64,000 nucleotides of DNA from the human T2T-CHM13v2.0 reference genome, Homo sapiens. A model generated the notes under the pieces. It saw nothing but the letters and a program-made list of their open reading frames with translations, had not been told where the DNA came from and ran no database searches. Position 1 is the stretch's first letter. The number at the start of each line of letters is the position of its first letter. The stretch lies in NCBI RefSeq assembly GCF_009914755.1, contig NC_060947.1; one strand, written 5' to 3'. Positions 12,725-27,146 of this stretch are shown here, one piece after another. The position numbers and the translations under genes are program-made.

Positions 12725-15008
12725 CTAAAAAACAATTTTTTAAATACATTTACCCTAATTGATGAATAATAATTGATGAGTTTTAGTGAAATTAACTGTA
12801 CTTGAAATCTATATGATTCAAACATGTAAACAAAGTAGATGATCTTCTATCAGTTATAAACTTCTAGTGGTAATTTAAATTTTACATATTATCCTAAGAG
12901 TAACTTGAATATTATTTAGTGGTATTTAACACTCCATATGTATTTTTCTGAACAATGTCAAATATATCTCAAAACTATATCTTACAGAGCCAAAAAGTTT
13001 TGGTGCATCTAATTTTACTGAATTAAGTATATATATTAATAACTGCATTTGTGATACAGTTAATGGAGTTGAAATTAATTATACTGAGCTTTCAGGAAAG
13101 TAAACTCTACATAAAACTATAGCTAATAATATTGATATATGGAATAGAAAAACTTATTGAACAATCTATGTACTTAATATATTTTCAAAAAATGTTATTC
13201 TGTTATGTAGTATTATGGTGGGATTCAAGGATAATTTTGTGGAGAATTTATAAAATTTATTTATACTTATTCTGTATAACACATGTAATTTCTTACAGTA
13301 GGATCATAACTTTAGACTTCCCCTGTTCAATATTTACTTTAATGTTACTTTTACTTTATAAAATAATAAAGGCTCATGACAAAAATGGAAAAAAAAACCA
13401 GAACTACTAGTACTTTATATAAATTTTCAATTTGTTCTATGTATAGCTAAATATTAAATATATGATCATGTATGCACATATAAACAGTTATTCTTTCCCC
13501 TATAATGTGACCTATATCAACCCAAAATTTGTCAAATATCTAAGTTTTATAGTTTCATAGTATCCTATGCCTATTTGGTGGTACTTAATTTGTTTTTTTA
13601 CTTTACTTTTTTAAGTTTATTTCACTTTTTCAAATTGTTCCCCTATGACTGATTATTTAGACAATATCTAGCATATAACTACACTTTGAGCTAGGTGTTT
13701 TAGTGTGAGCATTTGCCCATGTCAAATAATTATTTTTTCAAAAACAAAAATTGTAATGGCTTCTCTAGTTCAACAATTTCCATTATTAGTTCTACACATT
13801 CATTTCTAGTTTTCCACTCCTGTAAATTATGTTTATCTCTATCTACCTACCTATCTAATCCATCCATCCATCCCTCAATCAATCAATATCCTATCTATCT
13901 CCAGTTCCATTTACATCTTTGAGTGTATTCTGATTATTTCCATCAGATACAGATTTCATGGAAATTATATTAATGTTGTATGTTATTAGGATGCACTGAA
14001 GAGTTAACCTCAGTAAAATTCATATTGAATTTACATTTCCAGCAGTAAGAGACAATTTTTATTTCACCACTTGCAAATTGGTACTTATATCTTTTGTGTG
14101 TATGCAATTTAGTATGCAAAAAAAATTCTCATCTTGTAATTTTTTTACTTCTTCCTTTACAATTTAAGTTACAATTATTCATAGGTTTATTATTCATATA
14201 TGTCTCTTTTTGGAGGATACCTTACTCAAGACTTTCTTCCTTACTCACAGAAAAAAAAAGATTCCTTGGTATCATATTTCTTTAAAATTGTCTCTGGTGT
14301 TTTTACAATGTTTGTGATTGTTTCCATCGATTTTTATGCTTCTCCACCTAAATTTTTATAACATTATTATTTTAAATATTTTCCAAAATTTGGGCTTCCC
14401 CACATTTTTTGAACATTTTATTGTATGTGGTTTTTATTTTGGTGTAACTTTGGGGGAAATGTTCATATCTTTTTTTTTAGTTAGTTAATACATTTCCCAA
14501 TAATATTTATGAACAATTATTTTCTTTCCTATCTTTTTCAGTGGAAATAGTCTCTTCTGCTCATCTAACTGCCTTTTCTTGTGTTTTCTCCACTCTTATT
14601 CTTGCACATTTTTATTCTTATGTTTAAAAGTTTACTAGTTCTATTAGGCAACACATTTTTCCAGATAGACTTTGGAATCATTATGCCAAGCATTAAAAAC
14701 CACAACAAAAGGAAACAAAAAAGGTGAAACAGCTACCATTTGGTATTGTAGTAGAATAAATATCTAAATAGGACAATACATAATGAAAGTTGTTTAAATG
14801 TATTTTTCTTTGAATACATTACTTCAAAAAAATATTTAATTATCCAAAAAAAATTCTATGTGATAAAGTTTAAATTTGAATTTTTAAACATTTTTCTTAA
14901 AATGCACATATTATCTCAGCTTCTAAATATAACTAATACGTTTTCATGTCTTCAGAAATAAAAAGTTATTGAACATATAATGTAGTATTTTATAATAAGT
15001 AGGAAAAG

Positions 15009-15317
<309 letters not shown>

Positions 15318-15469
15318 TTATAAAATCTCTTACAAATTATTTCTTTCATTTCCCATATTAGTATATCTTTCCTGATAGAAGGATGTTAAAAAAATGTAGC
15401 TATTAGAATTCAAATGTCTCATTACATTACAGAAAATTAATGTTTAAATTTAAACCAATTTTATAAATA

Positions 15470-15806
15470 TAGCCAGCCCTCCATATTTGTGGATTCTGAA
15501 TGAGTGGATTCAGTCAACTACTAATAGATAATATTTGACAAAAATAACTACATCTGTACTAAACATGTAAGACTTTTTCATTGTCACTACTTCCTAAATA
15601 ATACAGTATAACACATATTTTCATAATATTTACATTGTATTAGGCATTATAAGTAATCCAGAGATGAGTTAAAGTATATGGGAGCATGTTCATAAGTTAT
15701 ATGCAAATATTACACCATTCATATAAAGGACTTGAACATCTGTGAATTCTGATATTCATAGGAGTTCCTGGAACCACTTCCCCATGGATACGAAGGGATG
15801 ACTGTA
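15470..15806. mobile_element. TcMar-Tigger MITE (Tigger3/MER7-like)
   Basis: agccagccctccatatttgtgg...tttacattgtattaggcattataagtaatccagagatg...ggatacgaagggatgactgta. Confidence 0.8.
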
Positions 15807-16177
15807 CACTGATTTTACCCACCAGTTTGAGAATGTGACAGGAGTTACAAATAAAGAAGCAAAGGTGGGGAATAAAACAATGGTTTTTCTAATAATCAAA
15901 ATCAATACATCTGAAAATGCATGCTAAATTAAAAATATACTTCATAAATAGATCATACAATTGTTTTCAAAAACAGCATGTATATATGCCCATACATATA
16001 TATCCATAGATAGAGTATATGCATAAATAATACTGTAAAGTCTCATTTTCATTTGCTCAATGGGCAAACTACCATACTTGTCAGAATGACTTAAATTCTA
16101 ATATTATTTAAAGGTTATATCAATGTGAATGCTTGATAAGCGTGCTTTATTGTTTTGACATTCAAATATTCACAGAC

Positions 16178-16323
16178 CTGCAATTCCCCGAGTCTCTGCT
16201 CCATGATTTCATAGTCGGTGACACTAAGTTGAGGTATGGAGAGTTTGGTTTCTGACTGCTGGACCCATGTCCTGATGGCACTCATGGTCTCCTGATAGCG
16301 CATTGGTGGCAAAGTGTCAAAAA
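16178..16323 (-). CDS. DMD: Dystrophin exon 22 (146 bp), FDTLPPMRYQETMSAIRTWVQQSE...RLGELQ
   Basis: Acceptor gataaag|TTTTTG, donor TTGCAG|gtctgt; overlaps ORF 16115..16369. Confidence 0.98.
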
Positions 16324-16573
16324 CTTTATCAAAAGGGAAAAAAGAATGAGAATCACTTAATTGTTTCACACTTTGCCATGTTTTCCTAAATTGTCAGCAA
16401 ACTCAATTATATTACTAGTTTCAAATATTAACAAAATTAGAAAATCTGAAAAATATATTTAATATGATTATGAAGATACATTCCTGCTACATGTGTAATA
16501 TGCCAGGGACCTTACACATATTACATTAAATTCACAAATCAGCCTGTAAAATCTATATTGTTCAATTCGTTTT

Positions 16574-16623
16574 ATAAGGTCAGGAAACAGAAAAACAGAT
16601 AAGGCCAGGAAACAGAAAAACAG
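16574..16623. repeat. Two-copy 25-bp tandem duplication inside a MIR remnant
   Basis: ataaggtcaggaaacagaaaaacag / ataaggccaggaaacagaaaaacag. Confidence 0.9.
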
Positions 16624-17852
16624 AGAAGCTAAGTAAATTGCCCAAGGTGATACAGATGGTATTTGCAGAAACCGAGCAGGGTCCAATTGTATCTGATACT
16701 GAAAGGCTACTCTCTCTCAGTGTTATCATTTGCCTTGGAAAAAAAATAGTATCATTATCCGAAGACCTTGATTTTTAAATTATATCATGTCATGTCTAAT
16801 TTTACTGAAAGAACACCCATGTACGCATGCTTAGTATATGTATCAAGAACTCTAGTAATAACCCCATAAATATTATCATTCTTAATTCTTATAATAAACC
16901 TGTGAGACATATACATTGTTAATCCCAATTGCAATTGAGAAAACAGGCTATTAAAGAGGCATATGTGTATGTATATACTTTTATATGTATAATTATATTA
17001 GGGAAAGTATTATATAGAGATATACAGTATGTATATACAAACAAGTTTATACGTTTTAAAGTATGTATGTGTATATGTATATATATGAAATGTGACTTAA
17101 GCAGCCACATGGACTATATTGAAAGAGATTAGACACAAGATTGAGAACGCTGCAGAGAACTGTAAACCATAAAAAGGACATAACATATTTTAGGGATAAT
17201 CCAAAAGAAATTCTAGAATTAAAAATACAGTAAGTGAAAAATAAGAACTAAGTGCATGGGTTTAACAGCAAATTTGACAGGGGTAAATAGAAAATTACTA
17301 AATCTTAAGATTCAGAAGGAAATACCTGGAATGAAGCATGGAGACACAAAAAGATAGAGAACACAGTAAAACGGTCTAATATATATGCATCCCAGAATGT
17401 GGCAGAAGCCATATTTAAACAGATAATGGCTAATAATGTTTCTAAATACATGAAATCACACTGCAAAGTCCTGGTTTATATCACCACATCAAATAACATT
17501 ATCTAAATCATATTATTTTAATTGCTGGGATATGAATGTCATTTCAATATACCAATTCCTTCTACACTAAATGAGAAGAATATAGGAAAGTATTTTGCAT
17601 GTATTTAATGTAGTATTCAGATGGTTGCGATAATCTTAGAGAGTGTGTTGGCAATGGATGCTGAAATGTTAGAAATGGATAATTTTTTTCAATATGTTTA
17701 TATTGCATTTATTTGGGAACTCATAAAAATGTTAAGAGATTATATTTAATCTGAGCACTTCTGATTTCTTATTAAAAGATATTTGTAGTACTTAAAATCT
17801 GTTTTAATTTACATAAATAATATGTTTCTCTATTAACCTGATGCATTTATTT

Positions 17853-19940
17853 TTTATTTTTCCATAAGTTATTGGGGGTAAAGGTGGTATTTGGTTACAT
17901 GAGTAAGTTCTTTAGTGGTGATTTGTGAGATTTTGGTGCACCCATCACCTAAGCAGCATACACTGTACCCTATTTGTAGTCTTTTCTCTCTCCCCCCAAC
18001 CTTCCCCACAAGTTCCCAAAGTCCATTATATCATTCTAATGCCTGTGTGTCCTCATAGATTATCTCCCACATATCAGTGAGAACATACAATGTTTGGTTT
18101 TCCATTCCTGAGTTACTTCACTTAGAATAATAGTCTCCAATCTCATTCAGGTCACTGCAAATGCTGTTAATTCATTCATTTTTATGACTGAGTAGTATTC
18201 CATCATATATACATACACACACACACACACACACACTCACCACAGTTTCTTTAACCACTCATTCAGTGATGGGCATTTGGATTGGTTCCACGATTGTGCT
18301 GGTGTGAACTGTGCTGCTATAAACATGCATGTGCAAGTATCTTTTTTGAATAATGACTTTTTTTCCTCTGGGTAGATTCCCAGTAATGGGATTGCTGGAT
18401 CGAGTGGTAGTTCTACTTTTAGTTAAGGAATCTCCACACTCTTTTCCATAGTGGCTGTACTTGTTTAAATCCCCATCAGCAGTGTAGAAGTGTTACCTGA
18501 TCACCACATCCACGCAAACATGTACTTTTTAAAATTTTTTTGATTATGGTCATTCTTGCAAGAGTAAGGTGGTATCACATGGTGGTTTTGATTTGCATTT
18601 CCCTGATCATTCATAATGTTAGCATTTTTTCATAAGTTTGTTGACCATTTGTATATCTCCTTTTGAGAACTGTCTATTCATGTCCTTAGCCCACTTTTTG
18701 ATGGGATTGTATTTTTCTTACTGATTTGAGTTTGTTGTAGATTCTGGATATTAGTCCTTTGTCAGATGTATAGATTGTGAAGATTTTATCCCACTCCATG
18801 GGTTGCCTGTTTGCTGTGCTGATTGTTCCTTTTGCTGTGCAAAAGCTTTTTAATTTAAATTAGGTACCAGCTATTTATCTTTGTTTTTATTACATTTGCT
18901 TTTGGGTTCCTGGTCATGAAATCCTTGCCTAAGCCAATGTCTAGAAAGTTTTTTCCAATGTTATCTTCTAGAATTTTTATAGTTTCAGGTCTTAGGTTTA
19001 AGTCTTTAAACCATCTTTAGTTGGTTTTTGTATAATGTGAGAGATGAGGAGCCAATTTCAGTCTCCCACATGTGGCTAGCCAATTATCCCAGCACCATTT
19101 GATGAAAAGGGTGTCCTTTCTTTACTGTATGTTTTTGTTTGCTTTGTTGAAGATCAGTTTGTGTAAGTATTTTGGTTTATTTCTGGGTTCTCTATTCTGT
19201 TCTGTTGGTCTATGTGCCTATATTTATACCAGTACCATGCTGTTTTGGTGACTATGGCCTTATAGTATAGTTTGAAATCAGGTAGTGTGATGCCTCCAGA
19301 TTTGTTCTTTTTGCTTAGTCTTGCTTTGGCTGTGCAGGCTCCTTTTTGGTTCCATATTAATTTTAGAATTTTTTTTCTAATTCTGTGAAGAATGATGCTG
19401 TTATTTTGATGGGGATTGCACTGAATTTGTAGATTGCCTTTGGCAGTATGGTCATTTTCACAATACTGATTGTACCCATCCACGACTATGGGATGTGTTT
19501 TCATTTGTTTGTGTCATCTATGATTTCTTTCAGCAGTGTTTGGTAGTTTTCCTTGGAGAGGTCTTTCGACTCCTTGGTTAGGTATATTCCTAAGTTTTTT
19601 GTTGTTGTTGTTGTTATTTTATTTTATTTTTTGCAGCTATTGTAAAAGGGGTTGAGTTCTTAATTTGATTCTCTGCTTGGTCGTTGTTGGTATACAGAAG
19701 AGCTACTGATTTTTGTACATTAATCTTGTATCTGGAAATGTTGCTGAATTATTTTATCAGTTCTAGAAACTTCCTGGAGGAATCCTTAGGGTTTTGAAGG
19801 TAAATGATCATATAGTCGGCAAACACTGACAGTTTGACTTCCTCTTTACCGATTTGGATGCCCTTTATTTCTTTCTCTTGTCTGACTGCTCTGGCTAGGA
19901 CTTCTAGTACTATGCTGAAGAGGAGTGGCAAGAGTGGCAT
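17853..19940 (-). mobile_element. 5'-truncated L1PB1-like LINE (~2.1 kb) with 12-bp TSD atgcatttattt
   Basis: ORFs 19154..19504 and 19749..19946 are ORF2 fragments ([14 protein letters not shown]; [13 protein letters not shown]); TSD at 17841-17852 and 19941-19952. Confidence 0.93.
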
Positions 19941-21814
19941 ATGCATTTATTTGAATTCTAGATGATTATTAATAAACAAAATCCAAAAGGGACCTTATAA
20001 ATAGCAGTGAAGTAAAGAGGTATTTAGTTACAATGAAGCAAATGATTGTGTCTGAGATGTCATTTCAGCAAATGATCTAGAAGGAGAGGGGACTATGGGC
20101 AGACACATGGCGGTATGTTGGATGAATCATAAGCTTCATAAAATTTGGTTTAATTGAACTTGAACATGTCTCCTCTTTAACTTCTTTCTGGTCTTTCTGT
20201 TTAATGAAAACTGAAACACTTCAGTCTCTGAATTATTGATCTTTTTCTGTATAACTTCTGATCTGTCCAACAACTGAATCTCACAGGAATCACTTCATAT
20301 TGGTAAACTATAATTAAAACATGCATATTTTAATTCCTCCTTGCATTCCAACCCTCATCCTAGTTTTGTATTAAATTCATTTGAAACTGGTCATTTCAAA
20401 AAATCTAATCTCTTGGAAATTCTTTTGTAGCTTTAAGAAATAAACTTCCAAAGATTGGTTTGGGAACTTGTCCATCTAATATAGTTTGTGAGGCAAGCTG
20501 GAAAAAAAAATACACACCTACTAACATAAATATCACAATTTCTTTTTCTGATTTTCTTATGTGGAATGTAATGACACTATGTAATGACAGCAGTAATTGC
20601 TATCAAGGTTCAGGAAATGCTTGACAAATTTGCAACGGTATAGAGTATCTCATTTAAACCATGCAGGCCAGGGAATGCCAGTGAAGAATTCTAAATCTGT
20701 TTCAGATAAGAAGAAAGAAAAAGTCTTATACAGAAGCTAATGTACCCAAGGGCAAACACAGTATGAGCTGCCCCACCTACTAGCTGGTGAGATATCTGTA
20801 GATGCTGCCCTTGTGATCCCAACATAGGAGCAGAAATAGACCAGCTCCATCTACGGAAACTCACTTTTTTTCCTTTTATGTAGAAATAGAGATTAATAAT
20901 CCAACAGATAAGTTTATCTTTACTGACAGCAATAAGACAATAAACATATCCAATCTAATAACCTACCATCTTAAAAGACCTCGAGAGTTCTACTGACATC
21001 ATTAGACTCAGCACAGACTCAGGAAAAATATGGCCTGAAGATTTAACGTTTAGCCAATATATTGCTTATAAATATGTAACTTTTTTCTCTAAAGAAAGTA
21101 TTCCTATGACAGTTTCTACTATTCGGCTGCTAAAGGACCACTTTAAAAATGCAGATATCTTTTTGGTTTTATTAGTGAAATATATTCAACAAAATGAAAA
21201 TCAATATAAGTGATTGCAAGCTTGGAAGCACGTGCTGTAAATTATTGGGAAAATAAAAATTAAGGGCTCCTATCCTGCACTACTGTTTATCTTGAAAAGT
21301 AAAAAAAAAAATTCCATTAATATCTAGACATTTAATATAGCCATGTGAGGGATGGAAGTGATAAAGTATAGGCAAACTGACATCTAAAATTATAGTAAAG
21401 GAATACAAAAAAGAAGTTTTCTGCACCTTTTGTTTAAAAACTGCTTGTCTTTAACTCTTAAAAGAGGGAGGGGCTAAAGGGAAAAGAAGAGAGAAAAAAG
21501 GAGAGCAAAGGACAGACCAAGAGAGGCAAAGCAAGATTCTTTTGTGATAACAAAAGAGCTAAGTATGAAATTAGATGCTACATTTTCTAATACACATGAG
21601 TCTATGTCAAGGGCAAACCACTTTAACTGGAAAGCAAAGTAAACAGAGAAGTATATTGAAAATTCTGAGAGACATAACTATCGAGATAAAGAGATACCAG
21701 AGCAATCGGTTATATATAACACTTTACTGAAAAAAAAAATCTCTCCTCTTGAAAAATAGAACTACTCAGAAAATAGGCACTTAAGCATCAGAGAATGTAC
21801 AATAGAGAGAAGGA

Positions 21815-22100
21815 AGACGTAACTGTGCCAACCAATAAGGTAGCAACTGGCTACCCGTCCGTTAAGCACTTGAAACGTGGCCAGTTTGAGTTGAGATGTT
21901 TTGTATATATAAAGACACACCAGATATTGGACAGTTCATACAAAAAGAATGTAAAGCTATTTCCACATTTTAAAATTTTAATTCTAAGATGAAACAATAT
22001 TTTCAAATGACTTTTACCTGTTGATCTGTTAATGTGGTTTCTAGAACATTTAAAATTAAATATATGGCTCACATTATTTTTCTGTTGGATAGTGCTTAGA
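21815..22100. mobile_element. MER33/MER3-like hAT element
   Basis: gtgccaaccaataaggtagcaactggctac...aagcacttgaaacgtggccag...ttaaatatatggctcacatt...ttggatagtgct. Confidence 0.7.
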
Positions 22101-23149
22101 TAGAAGCTGGAAAAGGCACCCATGTAATCCATTTAGGGGGAGAAAGAGATGATATGTTAGTAGTCTTAATATTGACAGCATTTAAAAACATTAGAAGTCC
22201 TGTTGTGAATATGAAATCGAGTCCAATTTGAATTCCCCATTATTACCTGTGGGGAAAAAAATGCACTGCACATGTGTGAAGAAGCTGAACTAATGACATA
22301 TACCTACTTCGGCAAAATGCTCAACTTGAGCCTTTAATTCCATGCCAACCAGATCCCACCTTTTTCCTCATTCCCCATGATCAATCTAAAGTCAAGGAGA
22401 TAATGCAATCAGCAAAGGCTCCAAACTTTATTAAATAACATAGACCATGACAAAAGTAAGCATTTCTCTAAAATGTGAACACTGACAAAGGTGTCAAGAA
22501 ATACAACAGGACCCATGCATGATATATGATGATTAACATACTAGGAATGGTCCTTCAGATAATTACAAGTGCAAGGAAGTCTGAGTATAACTTGAATTTC
22601 TAATGTCAATATATAAGTTGTTTCCTTAGTTTGAAATACAAGGATCTTTGTGATTGGGAATTCAATCAACATTTTAGCCCAATTTCCTATCAAAATCAAT
22701 ATTCTATCCTCCAGTCAAAATATGCCTTTTAATTACTTCACGCCTTTTTGCTTATGCAACTTGCTCTGCTGAAAGTCGCTGCTGCTCAGGCTCCATTCTC
22801 ACAAAGGGCACTTGGTGTGGTCTGACATGAGTGAAATAGATGGGTTTATAGGAATTTTATCTAAGATCACCATAGAATTTGTTTTATAAGTCATAAAACT
22901 CCAATGAACCAACTGAAATTGGGGTCATTTTCATAAATACTGCTCTATTATTCACCTCCTGGACAACTGATTTATTTTCCAGGTAAGTCGCATTTTTCTG
23001 ACCAACTTTGTGTAAGTATAAACTACCACACTACAGAAATATTTATTAGAATTTAAGAGTTTTTTTCTTTTGCTGAATTTTCCCTTTTTCTAAAAGCAGC
23101 TCTATCCACTTAGCAATCCTATTTTCAAAATATCATGTTAAACTATTTC

Positions 23150-24355
23150 ATATTTAACTAACAAATAATAATTATGTGTATTTATGGGGTATCATGTGAT
23201 GTTTTGATCTATGTATGCATTGTAAAATATTCACTCAGGTTAATTAACATATTAATCACCTCACCAACTTATCTTTTTTTGTGATGCGGATATTAAAATC
23301 TATTCTTTTACCAATTTTGAAACATAGATTTTTATTAACTGTGTCCACCACGCAGTACTAGAGATCGCTACAATTTATTCCTCCAGTCTAACTGAAACTT
23401 TCTATCATTTGATCAACACCTTCCCTTTCCCAACCTTCCTCTTCCCCCCAGTCTCTGGTAACTACCTTTCTATTTTCTGTTTCTATAATTTGACTTTTTT
23501 TTGGATTTCTCATATAAGTGAGATCATACAGTATTTGTCTTTCTTTGCCTGGCTCATTTCAGCTAGCCTAATGTCCGCCAGTTCTATCTACATGGTGGCA
23601 AATGACAGAAATTCCTTCCTTTTAAAGACTGTATAGTATTCCATTGCATATATATATCATATATAGACACTGGAATATATTTATCACTATATATATATGT
23701 CACTATATATATCAGTATATATATCTCTATATATCAGTATATATAAATCACTATATATATCTACCACTATGCATATATCACTATATATATCACATTTTCT
23801 TTATCCATTCGTCCTGTAATAGACATTTAGGTTGTTTCCGTATCTTGGCTGTTATGAATAATGCTCAAATGGATATGGCATGGGCAACAAAAGCAAAAAT
23901 AGACAAATTAGATTGCATCAAACTAAAAAGCTCCTGCACAGGAAAGGAAACTATTAACAGAGTGAAGAGGCAGCTCACAGATCAAGAGAAAATATTTGCA
24001 AACCAAATATCTGGTAAGGAGTTAATATCCAAAATATATAGAAACCTCAAAAAACTCAACAGCAAGAAAACAAATAACCTGATTTAAAAATGGGCAAGGG
24101 ATATGAACAGACATTTCTCGCAATAAGAGGCACCAATGGCCAACAGATATGTGAAAAAATGCTCAACATCTCTAAACATCAGAAAAATGTGAAAACCACA
24201 ATGATGTGTCACCTTACACATGTTAAAATTAGAACGGCTACTTTCAAAATGATGAAAGATAAATGTTGGAGAGGCTGTGGAGAAAAGTACACTTACACAT
24301 TGTTGGTGGGAATGTAAATTAGTACAGCCATTTTGGAAAATAGTATGAGGTTCCT
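23150..24355 (-). mobile_element. L1MA element with inverted 5' segment (23150-23878 antisense, 23879-24355 sense ORF2)
   Basis: L1MA 3' end on the minus strand; ORF 23644..24087 tail [19 protein letters not shown] is ORF2; internal TA-rich expansion at 23645-23792. Confidence 0.88.
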
Positions 24356-24374
24356 GTCACATAAATTTTATAAA

Positions 24375-24407
<33 letters not shown>

Positions 24408-24706
24408 CTACATGTGTATATACACAGTATGTGTCTATGTGTGTACATACACAGTATGTGTCTACGTGTGTACATACACAGTATGTGTCTACGTGTTTAT
24501 ATACACAGAATGTGTCTACGTGTGTATATACACAGTATGTGTCTACGTGTGTATATACACAATATTTGCCTACGTGAGTATATACACAGTATGTGTCTGT
24601 GTGTGTACATACACAGTATGTGTATATATGTACATACGTATATGCACACACAACATGTGTACATATACGTATATGTACACACAGCGTGTGTATATATATA
24701 TGTATA
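24375..24706. repeat. (TG)n followed by a 27-bp minisatellite (about 8 units, tgtgtctacgtgtgtatatacacagta)
   Basis: Directly visible; explains the periodic YTHVDTYCV pseudo-ORFs. Confidence 0.93.
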
Positions 24707-25249
24707 GCTTTAACTTGGCATTTAGCGAGTTTTCCCATGATTCTTGAGGTCAGGGAACAATTCTTTTATCTCACAATAAGCACATAGCTTGCTTAAATAA
24801 ACATGTCTGCTATGCTTGCTCTTGATGGTATTGATAAAAATAACACAATTTTTAAAAGGAACATTTACAAACAGTTTACCTAGTTTCTGGAGCGAAGGAG
24901 CAATGCAACAGATTATGTGTCTACTGGAACAAAACATTCCTTTGCCTAGATGTATTAAAAATAAAATTTTAAAATAAAAAATTTAAAATTTTAATAAAGT
25001 AAATTAGGTCAATTTCCTGAACTGCAGCTAGAAGAGTTACCTCACATCAAACTTTGTTTTAATTCCCAGTCTCAGCATCCTAACAGGGAGGGGTAGAGAC
25101 TAACCATAGAGCTTGAAATTGTGGCCATGGAGAGCATCCTTGCTGGCTACCCTTAAAATTTTCTTCTACTGTCTCTGTAAGAGGTAAAAGTTATTTTCTT
25201 TCAATTCTGGCAAGAATATCTTCTGTGCTACACCTCCCCAGATCATCAC

Positions 25250-25920
25250 CTCTTCAAGGGTTGAAATGATTTTTCTTTATCTTATCACAACTGTAGTTTA
25301 AGGTTCAATGGACTCTCCTCTGTGTGGCTATTCTTTCCACAAGTCTTCCTGCTTCTCCTCAGACTTGTATTGCATTTCTTCTTCACATACCAGCTAGAGG
25401 GTGAGTTTTGAAAAAATACAACTAAGGGTACTTAATTTCCTCAATTGAAATTCTTTCGGAAATGTCTACTGCTCTTAAAATCCAAACCTGTTATAGAAGT
25501 TCTATAAGAGCAATTCTACCCTCATCTTGTCCTAATCTTTCATTGATTTGTTACATTCCAGCCTTTCTGGCCTCCCTTATGTCTTCTGGACATGCCAAGC
25601 CCTCATTCTTCACCTTTGGCAATTTGTGTTTCTTTTCATTTCTCCTAATGTCCTTTCTCCAACTTATCATATAGCTGGCACCTGCACATTCTCCAGGTTT
25701 GGTTCTAACATCATCTCCCCAGAATCACGGTTTCAGACGCCAAAGTAATTATAATCTGCAATAATATTCAGATATTCAATTTTATTATCTTTCTTTCAAT
25801 AAGCTCCATGAAGACATATTGCTCTTGATTTTCTCCACCATGTATATTACCTAGTGCCCAGCACTTTTACGGCATATACCAGGTGTTCAAAAATATTTCT
25901 TGAATTTATTAGTGAAAAAG
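25250..25920 (+). mobile_element. Degenerate L2 3' region
   Basis: taagctccatgaagac...cctagtgcccagcac...ggtgttcaaaaatatttcttgaat is an L2 3' end. Confidence 0.6.
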
Positions 25921-26289
25921 TGAGCAAGACTCTGTTCTGAAAGCAATCTAATGGTGTAGAACAGAAGAGAATCATTTTGAAACTTTAGAACAGTCAAAAC
26001 ACTGGCTTTGTCATAACTAATAATGTCACTTTCTCCATTTTTGCAAAACTAAACCAAACCAATAAAATCCCTAATAATTATTTTAACATGATTTCCAAAT
26101 TGTTAATGAAATAAACTCAAATTATATGACCAATCTTTTTCCTTCTTTACATTAAGAAATAAGGTTTCATTTTTTTCTTTGTTGAAACAATTATCTACAA
26201 CAGACTAGATGCTGTGTTTCTATATTCATCTAGCATATAACATGAGTTTACTGGTTTTCAGTCTCTAGAAAAGTATTTTATCAACTGTC

Positions 26290-26622
26290 ATGGGAAACAA
26301 TTCCACCCCGTCATCCTCCCAGACCTAGGCAACCACTAATCTTATTTCTGCCTGTACAGATTTGCCTGTTGTGGCCATTTTATATCAAGAGACTCATATA
26401 ACATATGATCTTTTGTGACTGGCTTCTTTCACTCAGCATAATGTCTTCAAGGGTACTCCATGCTGTAGCATGTATCAGTACTTTCTCCCTTTTTATTGCT
26501 CAGTAACACTGCCTTGTATGGATGTGCCCATTTTCTTCATATAGTCATCACTGGATGGACATGTGGGTTTCTTCTACGTTTTGGCTATTATGAATAATGT
26601 TGTTATGGACATTCGTGTATAC
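26290..26622 (-). mobile_element. L1MB/L1ME 3' UTR fragment
   Basis: cctaggcaaccactaatct...ctggcttctttcactcagcataatgt...ttggctattatgaataatg. Confidence 0.8.
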
Positions 26623-27144
26623 GATCTAGTTCTTACAGCATCCCATATCCATGCTTTTAGTTATTCAAACCCCATTAGCTTACTTGTGATATAGTTGTAA
26701 TAACAAATACTCAATGTGTTTCTCTCTGAGGGTTAGGTAAAATGATGTATAAATTAGTTATGCATAGAGTAAAAAGTGCTTTGAAAATAGAATTTTATCT
26801 TTTTATATTATTTTCTTCTATCACTTATGTCAGGTAACAACTACCAATTCCTTATGCCATTTTCCAACACTGATAGTATATTTTAAAAGCCAGGTTTTTG
26901 TGTGAAAAAGCAAGTTTAAAAAAGTAAAGAGGAAATAAAAGTCAGTATGGATGCCTAGGCACTTCTGTTAGCTCTTATTTCCTGCATACTTAATACGTCC
27001 AAAGTACTGTGGAGGAATACAAGAAATGAGATTTACTCCCTGGTGCCAGTTCGGATATAATGCATACACATGTGCAATTATTTGAATTAATTTCAAATTA
27101 ACAAAATCAACTGCTATGTAATTTCATATGCTACATTTTTCATT

Positions 27145-27146
<2 letters not shown>

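Noticed and set aside
24319-24787. Six overlapping Cys/Tyr/His/Val-rich ORFs, and a superficially CRISPR-like periodicity
   Set aside because: These are translations of the 27-bp minisatellite; there are no unique spacers or cas genes, and the context is a human intron.
24950-25005. AT-only imperfect inverted repeat
   Set aside because: Low complexity, and expected in AT-rich DNA.
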